The notes beneath the pieces are model-generated. The model was not told the DNA's origin. It ran no database searches and was given only the letters and a program-made list of their open reading frames with translations. A program made the translations under genes and the position numbers. Positions 49,161 through 59,014 of a stretch of DNA of 64,000 bases are shown piece by piece. How positions within the stretch are numbered: the first letter of the stretch is position 1; the number at the start of each line of letters is the position of its first letter. The DNA comes from Thermodesulfatator sp. Lineage in GTDB: Bacteria > Desulfobacterota > Thermodesulfobacteria > Thermodesulfobacteriales > Thermodesulfobacteriaceae. The stretch covers positions 8,504-72,503 of the forward strand of contig JAMOQE010000045.1 in the NCBI GenBank assembly GCA_027064165.1, written 5' to 3'.

Positions 49161-49822
49161 AATGGCTTAAAAATATTCCCTTAAAAGCCGACGAATTCTT
49201 TCACTTTTTTAAGAAAAAATATAACCTGAAAGCTGAAGACATTTTCAAACTCTATCACATCACGCTTAATCTCAAAGCCCTAAGTGATGGTCCCATTCAC
49301 AAATTTCTGGAAAGAATTCCCTGCTATCTCAAATTTGACGAAATTGGAAAAAGAAAATATCTCATGACCTTGCCTGTATGGACTTTAAGAAATCTCATAA
49401 AAGAGCACCTTGATCTAAAGCTTACCAAGACACTTTATCTTTTTCTTTCCCAAAGGCTTCCTGGCGACTTTTTCAAAGGTTGTGCTCCCAAGCATTCCAT
49501 CCTTGCCTCTCAAGATGTGGTGTGTGAGCTTCTGGATGAAGAGGAAAAGGCAGAGCTTCCAGCTTATCTCAAAGTAAAACACCTCCCACTAACATTTTCT
49601 ATCTCCGGAACCTGTGAAGAAGTTATAAAACTACTTCCTCTTCTTTCCATTTATGCGCTAAAAAAAGAAAAAGAAAAATACTCCATTTTCGTTACCCTTT
49701 CCATTTCAGAATTTATGATCCTTGCACAGGACTTAAAAGAAATAAAAGCACTAAGAGAAAGAGTTGAGTCCATAATTGAAAGCCTAAAAGTGCTTTTTCC
49801 AGATTGTTTCGGGGAGGTTTAA
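49151..49822 (+). CDS. hypothetical protein
   Basis: 223-aa ORF filling the gap between ispD and aconitase; AAGGAG RBS; no motif recognised. Confidence 0.7.
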   Translation: MEIKWLKNIPLKADEFFHFFKKKYNLKAEDIFKLYHITLNLKALSDGPIHKFLERIPCYLKFDEIGKRKYLMTLPVWTLRNLIKEHLDLKLTKTLYLFLSQRLPGDFFKGCAPKHSILASQDVVCELLDEEEKAELPAYLKVKHLPLTFSISGTCEEVIKLLPLLSIYALKKEKEKYSIFVTLSISEFMILAQDLKEIKALRERVESIIESLKVLFPDCFGEV

Positions 49823-49824
49823 AA

Positions 49825-51768
49825 ATGGGACTTACTCTTACGGAAAAGATTTTAGAAGCCCATTTGGTCTCCGGGCAGCTTAAAGCCGGAGAAGAAATTG
49901 CCATTAAAATAGACCAAACTCTTACCCAGGATGCTACTGGCACAATGGCCTATTTGGAGTTTGAAGCCATTGGGATTCCGAGAGTAAAAACAGAGCTTTC
50001 TGTGTCCTATGTGGATCACAATATCCTGCAGACTGACTTCAGAAATGCTGATGATCACAGGTTCCTTCAGAGCGTTGCAGCAAAATATGGTATCTGGTTT
50101 TCAAAGCCTGGAAATGGCATCTGCCATCAGGTGCACCTTGAAAGATTTGCCATCCCTGGAAAAACCCTCATTGGCTCAGACAGCCACACCCCTACTGCCG
50201 GTGGATGCGGGATGATTGCAATTGGGGCTGGAGGGCTTGATGTGGCCCTTGCCATGGCTGGAAAGCCCTTTTACCTGAGAATGCCTGAAGTAATTGGAGT
50301 TTACCTCACAGGGAAACTCGGTCCCTGGGTTACAGCAAGGGATGTTGCACTTTATCTTCTTTCCCTGCTTACTGTGAAAGGCGGGCTGGGGAAGGTGCTT
50401 GAGTACTTTGGTCCAGGAGTGAAGACCCTGAGTGTGCCTGAAAGAGCAACTATCTGCAATCTGGGCACAGAAATGGGTGCCACAACCAGCATTTTCCCTT
50501 CAGATGAAATCACCCACTCCTGGCTAAAAGCCCAGGGAAGAGAAAAGGATTTTATTGAGCTCTCTCCGGATCCAGATGCAAATTACTCCAAGGTGATAGA
50601 AATAGACCTCTCAAAACTTGAGCCTCTCTGTGCCTGCCCTTCCTCTCCGGACAATGTAAAAAAAGTGGAAGAAGTGGCAGGTAAGAAAGTGGATCAGGTG
50701 ATTGTAGGCTCCTGTGCCAATTCTTCACTTAAGGATCTTTTAATAGTAGCAGAGGTGCTTGAAAAATACAGGGTGCATCCTGAGGTGTGTTTTGAGATAA
50801 ACCCCGGCTCACTTCAGGTAATAGAGAATCTTGTGACACTTGGAAAATTTCAGCCACTTCTTAAAGGCGGTGCAAGAATTCATCAGTGCGGATGTCTTGG
50901 CTGCATAGGTATGGGCCAAGCTCCAGGCACAAACTCCATTTCTCTCAGAACATTTACCAGGAATTTCCCCGGAAGATCAGGCACAAGCCCTGACTATGTA
51001 TACCTGGTCTCTCCTGAAACAGCAGTTGCCTCTGCAGTGAAGGGAGTAATTACTGATCCCCGTGAACTGGGAGATTATCCAGAAATAAAGCTTCCTGAAA
51101 AATTTGTCATAAATGACACCCTCCTTATTCCTCCTCTTCCTGAAGAAGAGGCAAAAAAAGTGGAAATAATAAGAGGCCCCAATATTGTGCCCCTTCCCAA
51201 ATTTGATCCCTTACCAGAGGATCTTGAGGGAGTTTTTCTTCTTAAAGTGGGGGACAACATAACCACGGATCACATCATGCCAGCAGGGGCAAAGATCCTT
51301 CCCTTAAGAAGCAACCTTCCAGAAATAAGCAAGTTTGTTTATAGCAGGGTGGATGAAAATTTTGCCCGGAAAGCCCTTGAACTTAAAGAAAAAGGACTTG
51401 CTGTGGGAATAGTAGGCGGAGAAAACTATGGGCAGGGCTCCTCAAGGGAACACGCAGCCCTTGCTCCGAGATACCTCGGCGTAAAAATAAAGCTTGCCAG
51501 AAGCTTTGCAAGAATTCACAGGGCAAATCTTATAAATTTTGGTATCCTGCCTTTAATTTTCAAAAATCCAGAAGACTACGAAAAAATATCTCAGGGAGAT
51601 AAGTTTGTTATAAAAGGCATAAGGAGAGCCCTTTCCTCCGGCCAGAATAATGTTAAAATAAAAATTGAAAACAAAGGAGAAATAGAAGCCACGGTTTCCC
51701 TTACAGATACTGAAAGGGCCTGCATACTTGCTGGCTCAAAGCTTAATCTGGCAGCTTCTGGAGAATAA
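49825..51768 (+). CDS. aconitate hydratase (short type)
   Basis: TQDATGT, DHN, GICHQ, GSDSHT, GSCAN, CLGCIG, RNFPGR, ITTDHI.PAG, NYGQGSSREHA. Confidence 0.92.
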   Translation: MGLTLTEKILEAHLVSGQLKAGEEIAIKIDQTLTQDATGTMAYLEFEAIGIPRVKTELSVSYVDHNILQTDFRNADDHRFLQSVAAKYGIWFSKPGNGICHQVHLERFAIPGKTLIGSDSHTPTAGGCGMIAIGAGGLDVALAMAGKPFYLRMPEVIGVYLTGKLGPWVTARDVALYLLSLLTVKGGLGKVLEYFGPGVKTLSVPERATICNLGTEMGATTSIFPSDEITHSWLKAQGREKDFIELSPDPDANYSKVIEIDLSKLEPLCACPSSPDNVKKVEEVAGKKVDQVIVGSCANSSLKDLLIVAEVLEKYRVHPEVCFEINPGSLQVIENLVTLGKFQPLLKGGARIHQCGCLGCIGMGQAPGTNSISLRTFTRNFPGRSGTSPDYVYLVSPETAVASAVKGVITDPRELGDYPEIKLPEKFVINDTLLIPPLPEEEAKKVEIIRGPNIVPLPKFDPLPEDLEGVFLLKVGDNITTDHIMPAGAKILPLRSNLPEISKFVYSRVDENFARKALELKEKGLAVGIVGGENYGQGSSREHAALAPRYLGVKIKLARSFARIHRANLINFGILPLIFKNPEDYEKISQGDKFVIKGIRRALSSGQNNVKIKIENKGEIEATVSLTDTERACILAGSKLNLAASGE

Positions 51769-51773
51769 AAAAA

Positions 51774-52646
51774 ATGAAAAAAGCTGTTTTTTTAGCCTTT
51801 TTACTCTGTTTTTTGTTTACCTCCAACTTATGGGGTGAATCCATCTCTCAACAGGCCTTAAAAAAATTTCAGGACAGGGTGGAAAAGGACCTTCAGGGAA
51901 AAGTCCCCCCTTCTTTTATAGAAAAAATCTTCTCTTCAACTGAGCTTGATTTTTATCCTCAAATCATGGTAAAAAGCCTTACCTGGAAGGAAGCCGAGCT
52001 TCCCTATTACCAATTTCTCACTCCTGAAAGACTAAAAAAGGCAAAGGAATTTCTCAAATCTCATTATCACCTCCTTTCTCAGATAGAAAAAACATTTGGT
52101 GTGGACAAAGAGGTGCTTGTAGGCATTTTTATGGTGGAAACAAACTTCGGGGAAAATACAGGAAACTGGCCTGTACTGGATGTGCTCTACAGCATGGCTA
52201 TTTCTGGAGAGAAAGAGATTTTTGAACCCTATGCTCAAAAGGCAAATATTCCTCTAAATGACACCAGCATAAAAACAAAATGGCAAAAAAGAAGCAGATG
52301 GGCATACAGAGAACTTCTTTATTTTATTCAAATTTGCTATCAAAACCACTGGGATCCTTTTAGCATAAAAGGCTCTCTCTTTGGGGCATTTGGATATCCC
52401 CAATTTGTGCCCCGCAGTTACCTGGTTTATGGATACGATTGGGACAAAGACGGGGTGGTGGATCTCTATAATGTGGAAGATGCCCTCTCAAGCATTGCTA
52501 ATTATCTTAAGAAAGAAGGCTATAAGATTTCTGCCACAGAGGAAGAAAAAAAAAGAGTAATTATGAGATATAATCACAGTGAACCCTATGCCAACACGGT
52601 GCTTGCCATTGCGAAAAAGCTCAGAAGATTACAGGTTAAGGATTAA
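51774..52646 (+). CDS. lytic murein transglycosylase (MltB-like)
   Basis: Signal peptide, VETNFG, GS..GAFG.PQF.P.SY, D.D.DG.VDL, S.ANYL, YNHS..Y. Confidence 0.9.
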   Translation: MKKAVFLAFLLCFLFTSNLWGESISQQALKKFQDRVEKDLQGKVPPSFIEKIFSSTELDFYPQIMVKSLTWKEAELPYYQFLTPERLKKAKEFLKSHYHLLSQIEKTFGVDKEVLVGIFMVETNFGENTGNWPVLDVLYSMAISGEKEIFEPYAQKANIPLNDTSIKTKWQKRSRWAYRELLYFIQICYQNHWDPFSIKGSLFGAFGYPQFVPRSYLVYGYDWDKDGVVDLYNVEDALSSIANYLKKEGYKISATEEEKKRVIMRYNHSEPYANTVLAIAKKLRRLQVKD

Positions 52647-53745
52647 AAGGCTCTGGGAAATTGTTGAGAAAGAAAATTTTGATGCCCTTATTGTCTCTTC
52701 TCCTCTTCACATCTTTTATCTTGCTGGCACCCTTGTAAGGGGCTGTCTTTTAATTACAAAAGATGAAGTCCAGCTCCTTGTAAATAGGCCGGTAAGCAGG
52801 GCAAAAAAAGAGAGCGTTTTTCAGGTAGAGGAGCTAAAGAGTTTAAAAGCACTTCCGGATATTTTATCCATGCTTCGTGTAAAAAAGATAGGAGCTGAAG
52901 GACAGGTACTCAACTTTCTTAAAGAGTACTTTGAAGTCAGAAACATTACCCCTTTTCTTTTAGAAGCAAGAAAAATAAAGACACCCTTTGAAATTTCCTG
53001 TGCCAAAAAGGCTGCTTCTATGCTAAACAGGGCTTTAAAAAGGGCCCTGGGGAAATTAAAGCCCGGGATGACAGAACTTGAAGCAAGTGCAGAGCTTGAA
53101 AAGGAGCTCAGAATACTTGGGCATCCTGGGATAACGCGCTCTTTTAATGGCTTTGAATTAAACATGGGGCATCTTGTTTCTGGAAAAGCAGGGCTTTTTC
53201 CTATTCATGCCCCCACAGGCCAGGGAGGAAAAGGAGTGCCCGGCTTTCCAGGGGGAGCATCAAAAAACAAGCTCAAAGAAGAAGCCCCCATTCTTATAGA
53301 TTTCAGTGGCTATTACCACGGCTATTATGTGGATCAAACACGAATGGCAGGCTTTAAGCCTCTTAAGGAGGCTGAAGAGATTTACAAATGGGCAGTAAAA
53401 ATAATTAAAACACTTGTCTTAAAAATAAAGCCCGGAGTGGTCGCTGAAGAGGCCTTTGAAATGGCATGGGAAATTGCGAGCTCTTCACCTTTTAAAAAAT
53501 TTTTCATGCTTCACGGAGACAGGCCTCTGAAATTCATAGGGCATGGAGTGGGTTTACAGATTGATGAGCCTCCTGTGCTTGCAGCTGGAAACAAAGAAGT
53601 ACTAAAAGAAAACATGATTATTGCCCTTGAACCAAAGTTCCATATACCCGGGCTGGGAGTGGTGGGAATAGAAGACACCTTTCTTATTACAAGAGAAGGC
53701 TTAAAAAGGCTTACCAGAACTTCTCAAAAGTGGATAAATCTTTAA
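52579..53745 (+). CDS. Xaa-Pro peptidase (M24 family); start uncertain
   Basis: R.IKT..EI, ID......Y.VD.TR, GHGVGL..DE.P, ALEP, G.EDT. Confidence 0.88.
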   Translation: MNPMPTRCLPLRKSSEDYRLRIKRLWEIVEKENFDALIVSSPLHIFYLAGTLVRGCLLITKDEVQLLVNRPVSRAKKESVFQVEELKSLKALPDILSMLRVKKIGAEGQVLNFLKEYFEVRNITPFLLEARKIKTPFEISCAKKAASMLNRALKRALGKLKPGMTELEASAELEKELRILGHPGITRSFNGFELNMGHLVSGKAGLFPIHAPTGQGGKGVPGFPGGASKNKLKEEAPILIDFSGYYHGYYVDQTRMAGFKPLKEAEEIYKWAVKIIKTLVLKIKPGVVAEEAFEMAWEIASSSPFKKFFMLHGDRPLKFIGHGVGLQIDEPPVLAAGNKEVLKENMIIALEPKFHIPGLGVVGIEDTFLITREGLKRLTRTSQKWINL

Positions 53746-53760
53746 AAAAGGGGAGAAAAA

Positions 53761-55422
53761 ATGCGGCGAAAAAATAAAAAATTGCACACAAAATTTATTT
53801 TTATTACAGGTGGAGTGCTTTCTTCCTTGGGAAAAGGCCTTGCTGCTGCCTCAATAGGAGCACTCCTTGAGGCAAGGGGGTTAAGAGTTACCCTGCAAAA
53901 ACTTGATCCTTACATAAATGTAGATCCAGGCACCATGAATCCCTTTCAGCATGGGGAGGTATATGTGACAGACGATGGCACTGAAACAGACCTTGATCTG
54001 GGACACTATGAAAGATTTACCTCAGCCAAAATGTCTGCCATTAACAACTATACTTCGGGGAAAATTTACTATTCTGTCATTATGAAAGAGCGAAAAGGAG
54101 AATACTTAGGGGGCACTGTGCAGATTATTCCCCATGTCACTGATGAGATCAAGCAGGCAATCCTGCAGCTTGCAAGTCCGCAGGTGGATGTGGCTATTGT
54201 GGAAATTGGAGGCACTGTGGGAGACATTGAGAGTCTTCCCTTTCTTGAAGCTATAAGACAACTTGGCTATGATCTCGGAAAAGAAAACGCCCTTTATATC
54301 CACCTTACCTATGTGCCTTACATAAAAACTGCTGGAGAACTAAAGACAAAACCCACCCAGCACAGCGTAAAAGAACTCAGGGCAATTGGTATCCAGCCTG
54401 ATATCATCCTCTGCCGCACAGATAGATTTTTGCCTCCTGAAATCAAGAAAAAAATTGCTCTTTTCTGCAATGTAGAAGAAGATGCAGTGATTACAGCAAA
54501 AGATGTGGAATGCATTTATGAAATTCCCCTTGTTTTTCACAAAGAGGGGCTTGATGAGAAAATTCTGGAATTTTTGAACATCTGGGCAAGGGAACCTGAT
54601 CTCAAAGTATGGGAAGAAGTAGTAAACAGGTTTAATAATCCCAAGGATGAAGTAACCATTGCCATTGTAGGAAAATATGTAAACCTTAAAGACTCCTATA
54701 AGTCTTTAAATGAGGCTCTTATCCACGGAGGACTTGCCAATGAACTTAAAGTGCACCTTAAGTTTGTAAATTCTGAAAAAATTACTTCAGAAACTGCACC
54801 AGAAATTCTTAAGGATGCTGATGGAATCCTTATCCCTGGAGGCTTTGGCACAAGAGGTATAGAAGGGAAAATAGAAGCAGTAAGATACGCGAGAGAAAAA
54901 GGAATTCCTTTTTTTGGCATCTGTCTCGGGATGCAGGTTTCTGTAATAGAATTTGCAAGGAATGTAATTGGCTGGAAAGAAGCAAACTCAACGGAATTTG
55001 ATAAAAACACTCCCTATCCTGTTATTTATCTTATGAAAGAGTGGTATGATTACAGAACAGGGAAGGTGGAAAAAAGGGATGAGACTACAGAGCTTGGGGG
55101 CACTATGAGGCTTGGCGCCTATCCCTGCAGGTTAAAAAAAGGCTCCAAAGTCTGGGAAGCCTATCAAAAAGATGAAATTTTTGAAAGACACAGGCACCGT
55201 TATGAATTCAACAATGAATACAGAGAGGCTATTGAAAAGGCAGGGCTAAAGGTGGTGGGGACCTCACCTGATGGAGAGCTTGTGGAGATTGTGGAGCTTG
55301 AAGACCATCCCTGGTTTATAGGTGTGCAGTTTCATCCAGAATTTAAGTCAAGGCCCATGGATCCTCATCCACTTTTTACCCACTTTATTAAAGCAGCTTA
55401 CGAAAATAAAAAGCAAAAATGA
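53761..55422 (+). CDS. pyrG: CTP synthase
   Basis: [52 protein letters not shown]. Confidence 0.99.
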   Translation: MRRKNKKLHTKFIFITGGVLSSLGKGLAAASIGALLEARGLRVTLQKLDPYINVDPGTMNPFQHGEVYVTDDGTETDLDLGHYERFTSAKMSAINNYTSGKIYYSVIMKERKGEYLGGTVQIIPHVTDEIKQAILQLASPQVDVAIVEIGGTVGDIESLPFLEAIRQLGYDLGKENALYIHLTYVPYIKTAGELKTKPTQHSVKELRAIGIQPDIILCRTDRFLPPEIKKKIALFCNVEEDAVITAKDVECIYEIPLVFHKEGLDEKILEFLNIWAREPDLKVWEEVVNRFNNPKDEVTIAIVGKYVNLKDSYKSLNEALIHGGLANELKVHLKFVNSEKITSETAPEILKDADGILIPGGFGTRGIEGKIEAVRYAREKGIPFFGICLGMQVSVIEFARNVIGWKEANSTEFDKNTPYPVIYLMKEWYDYRTGKVEKRDETTELGGTMRLGAYPCRLKKGSKVWEAYQKDEIFERHRHRYEFNNEYREAIEKAGLKVVGTSPDGELVEIVELEDHPWFIGVQFHPEFKSRPMDPHPLFTHFIKAAYENKKQK

Positions 55423-56057
55423 AGGAAATAGTGGTGTTTTGTGCAGATGTGGGGTCTATAAAAACTAAAAACTTTGGTTGGGCTTATGGACTTGGAATAC
55501 CGGGAAGAGGCTGGAAAGTCTATCCTGAGAGAGAAGAAAGGAAATATCAAGAAATAGAAAAACTAAAAGAAAGTGTCAGAAAATTCTTAGAGAAAGGTTA
55601 TAAGGTGGCTTTGGGCTTTGAGTGTCCTCTTTTTGTACCTTTAAGAAAAAATCCATTAGAGCTTACTTCGGCACGCAAATTAGAGCCTATGGCGTGGAGT
55701 GCTTCTGCTGGAGCAGGAGCCTTAGCAGTAGGTATGGTAGAAGCCTTGTGGTTACTTAAGGCCTTAAAAAATGAATTCAATACCTTGCCTCCTGTGTATC
55801 TTTCTTGGGAAGAATTTAAAAAAGAGTCCTTACCCTGTATACTTTTTTGGGAAGCCATGGTGAGTAAAGATAAAAAGGGGAAAACTCACGTAGAAGATGC
55901 TAAAAATGGAGTGAATGCCTTTTTTGAAAAAGTGGAAACAGCTCAGCCTGTTTGTGAGGAAGAAGTTTTTTCCCTGATTGGTAGCTATTTACTTAGAAGT
56001 GGGTGGAGTAAAAAATTAGAGCTTTTAAAAACCCCTTGTATTTTTATTTCAGCTTAA
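55419..56057 (+). CDS. hypothetical protein, DUF429/RNase H-like fold candidate
   Basis: [31 protein letters not shown] pattern; ATGA overlap with pyrG. Confidence 0.6.
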   Translation: MKEIVVFCADVGSIKTKNFGWAYGLGIPGRGWKVYPEREERKYQEIEKLKESVRKFLEKGYKVALGFECPLFVPLRKNPLELTSARKLEPMAWSASAGAGALAVGMVEALWLLKALKNEFNTLPPVYLSWEEFKKESLPCILFWEAMVSKDKKGKTHVEDAKNGVNAFFEKVETAQPVCEEEVFSLIGSYLLRSGWSKKLELLKTPCIFISA

Positions 56058-56076
56058 GAAAAAGGAGGGTTAAAAA

Positions 56077-56916
56077 TTGGTTGATCTTCACACCCATTCC
56101 ACCGCCTCTGATGGCACATATTCTCCCAAAGAGCTTGTAAGGCTGGCCAAAAAAATCGGCTTAAATGGCCTTGCTCTTACTGACCACGACACCCTTTCCG
56201 GACTTAAAGAGGCATTTGAAGAGGCAAAAAAGCTTGAGCTTCCCTTTCTGTGCGGCATTGAGATCAGCGTAAAATATGAAAGACAGGGGCACTTTCATCT
56301 TCTTGGATATTTTTTGACCCCGGAAATACCAGAGATTGAAGAAACTTTAAAAAAACTTCAGGAGGCACGCAGAAAAAGAAATCAAAAGGTGGTGGAAAAA
56401 CTGCAGGCTTTGGGTATAGACATAACCTACGAAGAGCTTCTCAGGATGGGAAAAGGAGAAATAGGCCGTCCTCACATAGCAAGGCTTCTTTTTGAAAAAG
56501 GCGTGGTAAAAAACATTCAGGAAGCATTTGAAAAGTACTTAAAAAAAGGAGCACCTGCTTATGTACCAAAATCCCTCCTTTCTCCAGAAGAAGCTATTTC
56601 ACTTATTCTTAAAGCTAAAGGTGTGCCAGTGCTTGCCCATCCTGTAAGCCTGAAACTCCCCGAGGAAGAACTTTTTTCCTATATAAAGCAGCTCAAAAGT
56701 TCTGGATTAAAAGGCATTGAAGCCTATTATACCGAGCATACTAAGGAATTTACAGAATTTTTGCTTGACTTAGCAAAAGAGCTGGACCTGCTTATTACCG
56801 GAGGAAGTGACTTTCACGGAGAAAACAAACCAGACATAAAGCTGGGAGTGGGATTTGGAAATTTAAAAGTACCGGATGAGTGTTTTACTCAGCTGAAACA
56901 GACTTTATCTTTTTAG
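56077..56916 (+). CDS. PHP domain-containing phosphoesterase
   Basis: DLHTHSTASDG, ALTDHD, GIEIS, HLLGY, GRPH, LAHP, TGGSDFHG; TTG start with AGGAGG RBS. Confidence 0.93.
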   Translation: MVDLHTHSTASDGTYSPKELVRLAKKIGLNGLALTDHDTLSGLKEAFEEAKKLELPFLCGIEISVKYERQGHFHLLGYFLTPEIPEIEETLKKLQEARRKRNQKVVEKLQALGIDITYEELLRMGKGEIGRPHIARLLFEKGVVKNIQEAFEKYLKKGAPAYVPKSLLSPEEAISLILKAKGVPVLAHPVSLKLPEEELFSYIKQLKSSGLKGIEAYYTEHTKEFTEFLLDLAKELDLLITGGSDFHGENKPDIKLGVGFGNLKVPDECFTQLKQTLSF

Positions 56917-57009
56917 TTTTCTATGTTTTTCAACAAGCCAAACTCTCTCGCCTTAAGGACAAATCGTTTTCCCTTAAGCTTTACAATTTTAGCTTTAATT
57001 TTAATCAGC

Positions 57010-57867
57010 CTATTTTTTTATAGTCTCAAGCCCGGCTGATTTAAATTTTACTACGAGATGCAAAGGTCCTTCAACAGGTAAAGGATTTGAAATTTTTAAA
57101 CACTCTTCTACTGCCTGGTTAAACTCTTCCTCAGGTGCCTTCTGCAAGAAACGATAGGTTATCCTGCCATTTTGGTCCACATCAATAGAAACTATTGCAG
57201 ATAGGTCTATTTTATCTTTCAAATACACAGGCAGAGAAAAATTTTCCTCCAAAATTTGCTTTATTAGAGACAAAGCATTTTTCCGATATTCCTCTTCAAG
57301 CTTTTTTAACCTGGCCTCTTTTTCAGCCTCAAGAGCAGTATAATAAGAAAGTATTCTTTTTTTTAACTTTTTCCTTTCAAGAGCTTTTATTCTTTCAGAA
57401 ATCAGTTTTTTCTCTTCAGGAGTAAGAGCAGGGATGGTATTTTTTTTCACAGGCTTTTGCACAAGTTTTTTCGTATGTTTTTGTATAGTTTTTTTAACAT
57501 CTTTTTGAAGCACCCTTTTTTTTATAATCTGCTTTTTTACTACCTGCTTCGTTTTCGTCTTTCTGTTTACTTTTTGTTCTTTCTTTTTTTTATTCACTAT
57601 TTGCCTCTTAATAAGCTGCGGTTTGGACACAGATTTTCTCTTCTGTCTGTTTTTTTTCTCAGTTGAAGACTTCTCAGAAAAAATCCCGGTATGGGGAACC
57701 CGGACATGGGGATTGAAGGATTTAAAAACAAGGCTTACTCTTACTTTTTTTCTTCGTGGCTTTAAATTAAAAAGATTGAATTTAAAAGAAGAAAAAAAAA
57801 GAAAAAGAACAACAATGTTAACAAGAAAAGATAGAAAATAAGCCCACCATGGGACAGACTTTTGCAT
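57010..57867 (-). CDS. TonB/TolA-like energy transducer
   Basis: N-terminal TM, Lys-rich linker, short C-terminal domain (I....G.I....FN.AV....P.P); follows exbD/tolR. Confidence 0.75.
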   Translation of the reverse strand: MQKSVPWWAYFLSFLVNIVVLFLFFSSFKFNLFNLKPRRKKVRVSLVFKSFNPHVRVPHTGIFSEKSSTEKKNRQKRKSVSKPQLIKRQIVNKKKKEQKVNRKTKTKQVVKKQIIKKRVLQKDVKKTIQKHTKKLVQKPVKKNTIPALTPEEKKLISERIKALERKKLKKRILSYYTALEAEKEARLKKLEEEYRKNALSLIKQILEENFSLPVYLKDKIDLSAIVSIDVDQNGRITYRFLQKAPEEEFNQAVEECLKISNPLPVEGPLHLVVKFKSAGLETIKK

Positions 57868-57869
57868 AC

Positions 57870-58271
57870 TTAAGAACCTGCTGGAATGGTAAGAAGGTCA
57901 ACTCCCTGAAAACCTGCTTCTTTTATTAAAGAAAGCACCCGAGCCACCACTCCATAGGGGCACCTCTTATCAGCCGCTATTTCTACACTTTTTACAATCC
58001 CCTGCTCTCTTGCTTCTTTTAGCCATGCCTTCAGATGATTAAGTTTAATCACCTTTCCTCCTATTCTTATTTCACCCTTCTCTGTAATAACTATATGAAG
58101 CACTTTCTTAGGAGAAGCAGCCACCGGGGTTTGAGAAGCTTTGGGAAGCTCCACCTCTAAACGGGCTGTCATCAGTGGAGCTGTAATCATAAAAATAATA
58201 AGAATAACAAGAACTATATCAACCAGAGGAATTATATTAATTTCATCAAGTAAATCCCTTCCGGCTTTCAT
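57870..58271 (-). CDS. biopolymer transporter ExbD/TolR
   Basis: EINIIPLVDIVLVILIIFMITAP, V.LP, ADK..PYG.V. Confidence 0.93.
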   Translation of the reverse strand: MKAGRDLLDEINIIPLVDIVLVILIIFMITAPLMTARLEVELPKASQTPVAASPKKVLHIVITEKGEIRIGGKVIKLNHLKAWLKEAREQGIVKSVEIAADKRCPYGVVARVLSLIKEAGFQGVDLLTIPAGS

Positions 58272-58282
58272 TATTCATTACA

Positions 58283-59014
58283 TCAAAATAAAAAGTCCTC
58301 GGACAGCACCCTGTCTCTGATACACTTTAAACTAATTTCAAGTAAATTTTCATCAGACAGCCCTGTTATATCCTCGGGCTTTATTATATCAATCTCTCCA
58401 GTTTGAATATACTCTCTCAGCCGCGGAAGATCATAGGCAAGAATAAAAATAAGTTCAAGTACATCTCCTGTAAGGGGAGTATCTGCCTTCTGTTGTCTTT
58501 TATGAACAATTTCTGCCCAGATATCATTATAATAGTTATACTCTTCAAGGCCCTGTTCTTTCATATAATCCTTTATTTTTATGCGTCTGTCCTCAAAATG
58601 CCCTTTACAATGAGTTTCTCTTATAATCTTAAAAATTTCTTCCTTTTCTCCTTTTTCATTCCATATCACATACCTGGCAAGAGGATAAAGTCTACAGGAG
58701 GAGGGGCGATGGGGATATACCCTGCACCCCTCCTTTTCATCCAGAAAAGGACAGGCAAGAGAATAAGGTTCTACATTTATAGAAATAACAGGAAGTTGAG
58801 TTACCTCTCCAAAATAAACCTCTCCATACTTTTCAATAAACTCCTCCACTCCAAGATTCAATGCCTTCCTGAGCCTCAAAAAATCATAAGGAGTAAGAAC
58901 GAGTTTTACATCATAACAACACCGATTAAAACAGGAAATCCCTTTATAACAACGAAACTTTATCTCATCCTCCAGGGTGTAATCCTTTCTATCAAAGACA
59001 AAATTATACATCAT
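58283..59014 (-). CDS. YkgJ family cysteine-cluster protein
   Basis: FRC...SCF..CC, LTPYD, CPFL...GC.VY..RP..CR.YP. Confidence 0.88.
   Translation of the reverse strand: MMYNFVFDRKDYTLEDEIKFRCYKGISCFNRCCYDVKLVLTPYDFLRLRKALNLGVEEFIEKYGEVYFGEVTQLPVISINVEPYSLACPFLDEKEGCRVYPHRPSSCRLYPLARYVIWNEKGEKEEIFKIIRETHCKGHFEDRRIKIKDYMKEQGLEEYNYYNDIWAEIVHKRQQKADTPLTGDVLELIFILAYDLPRLREYIQTGEIDIIKPEDITGLSDENLLEISLKCIRDRVLSEDFLF

Noticed and set aside
56912..57015. Short Lys-rich minus-strand frame (LIKIKAKIVKLKGKRFVLK..) after tonB
   Set aside because: No start codon or RBS, about 34 codons; it overlaps a CTTAAGG..CCTTAAG hairpin between convergent genes, more likely a terminator region
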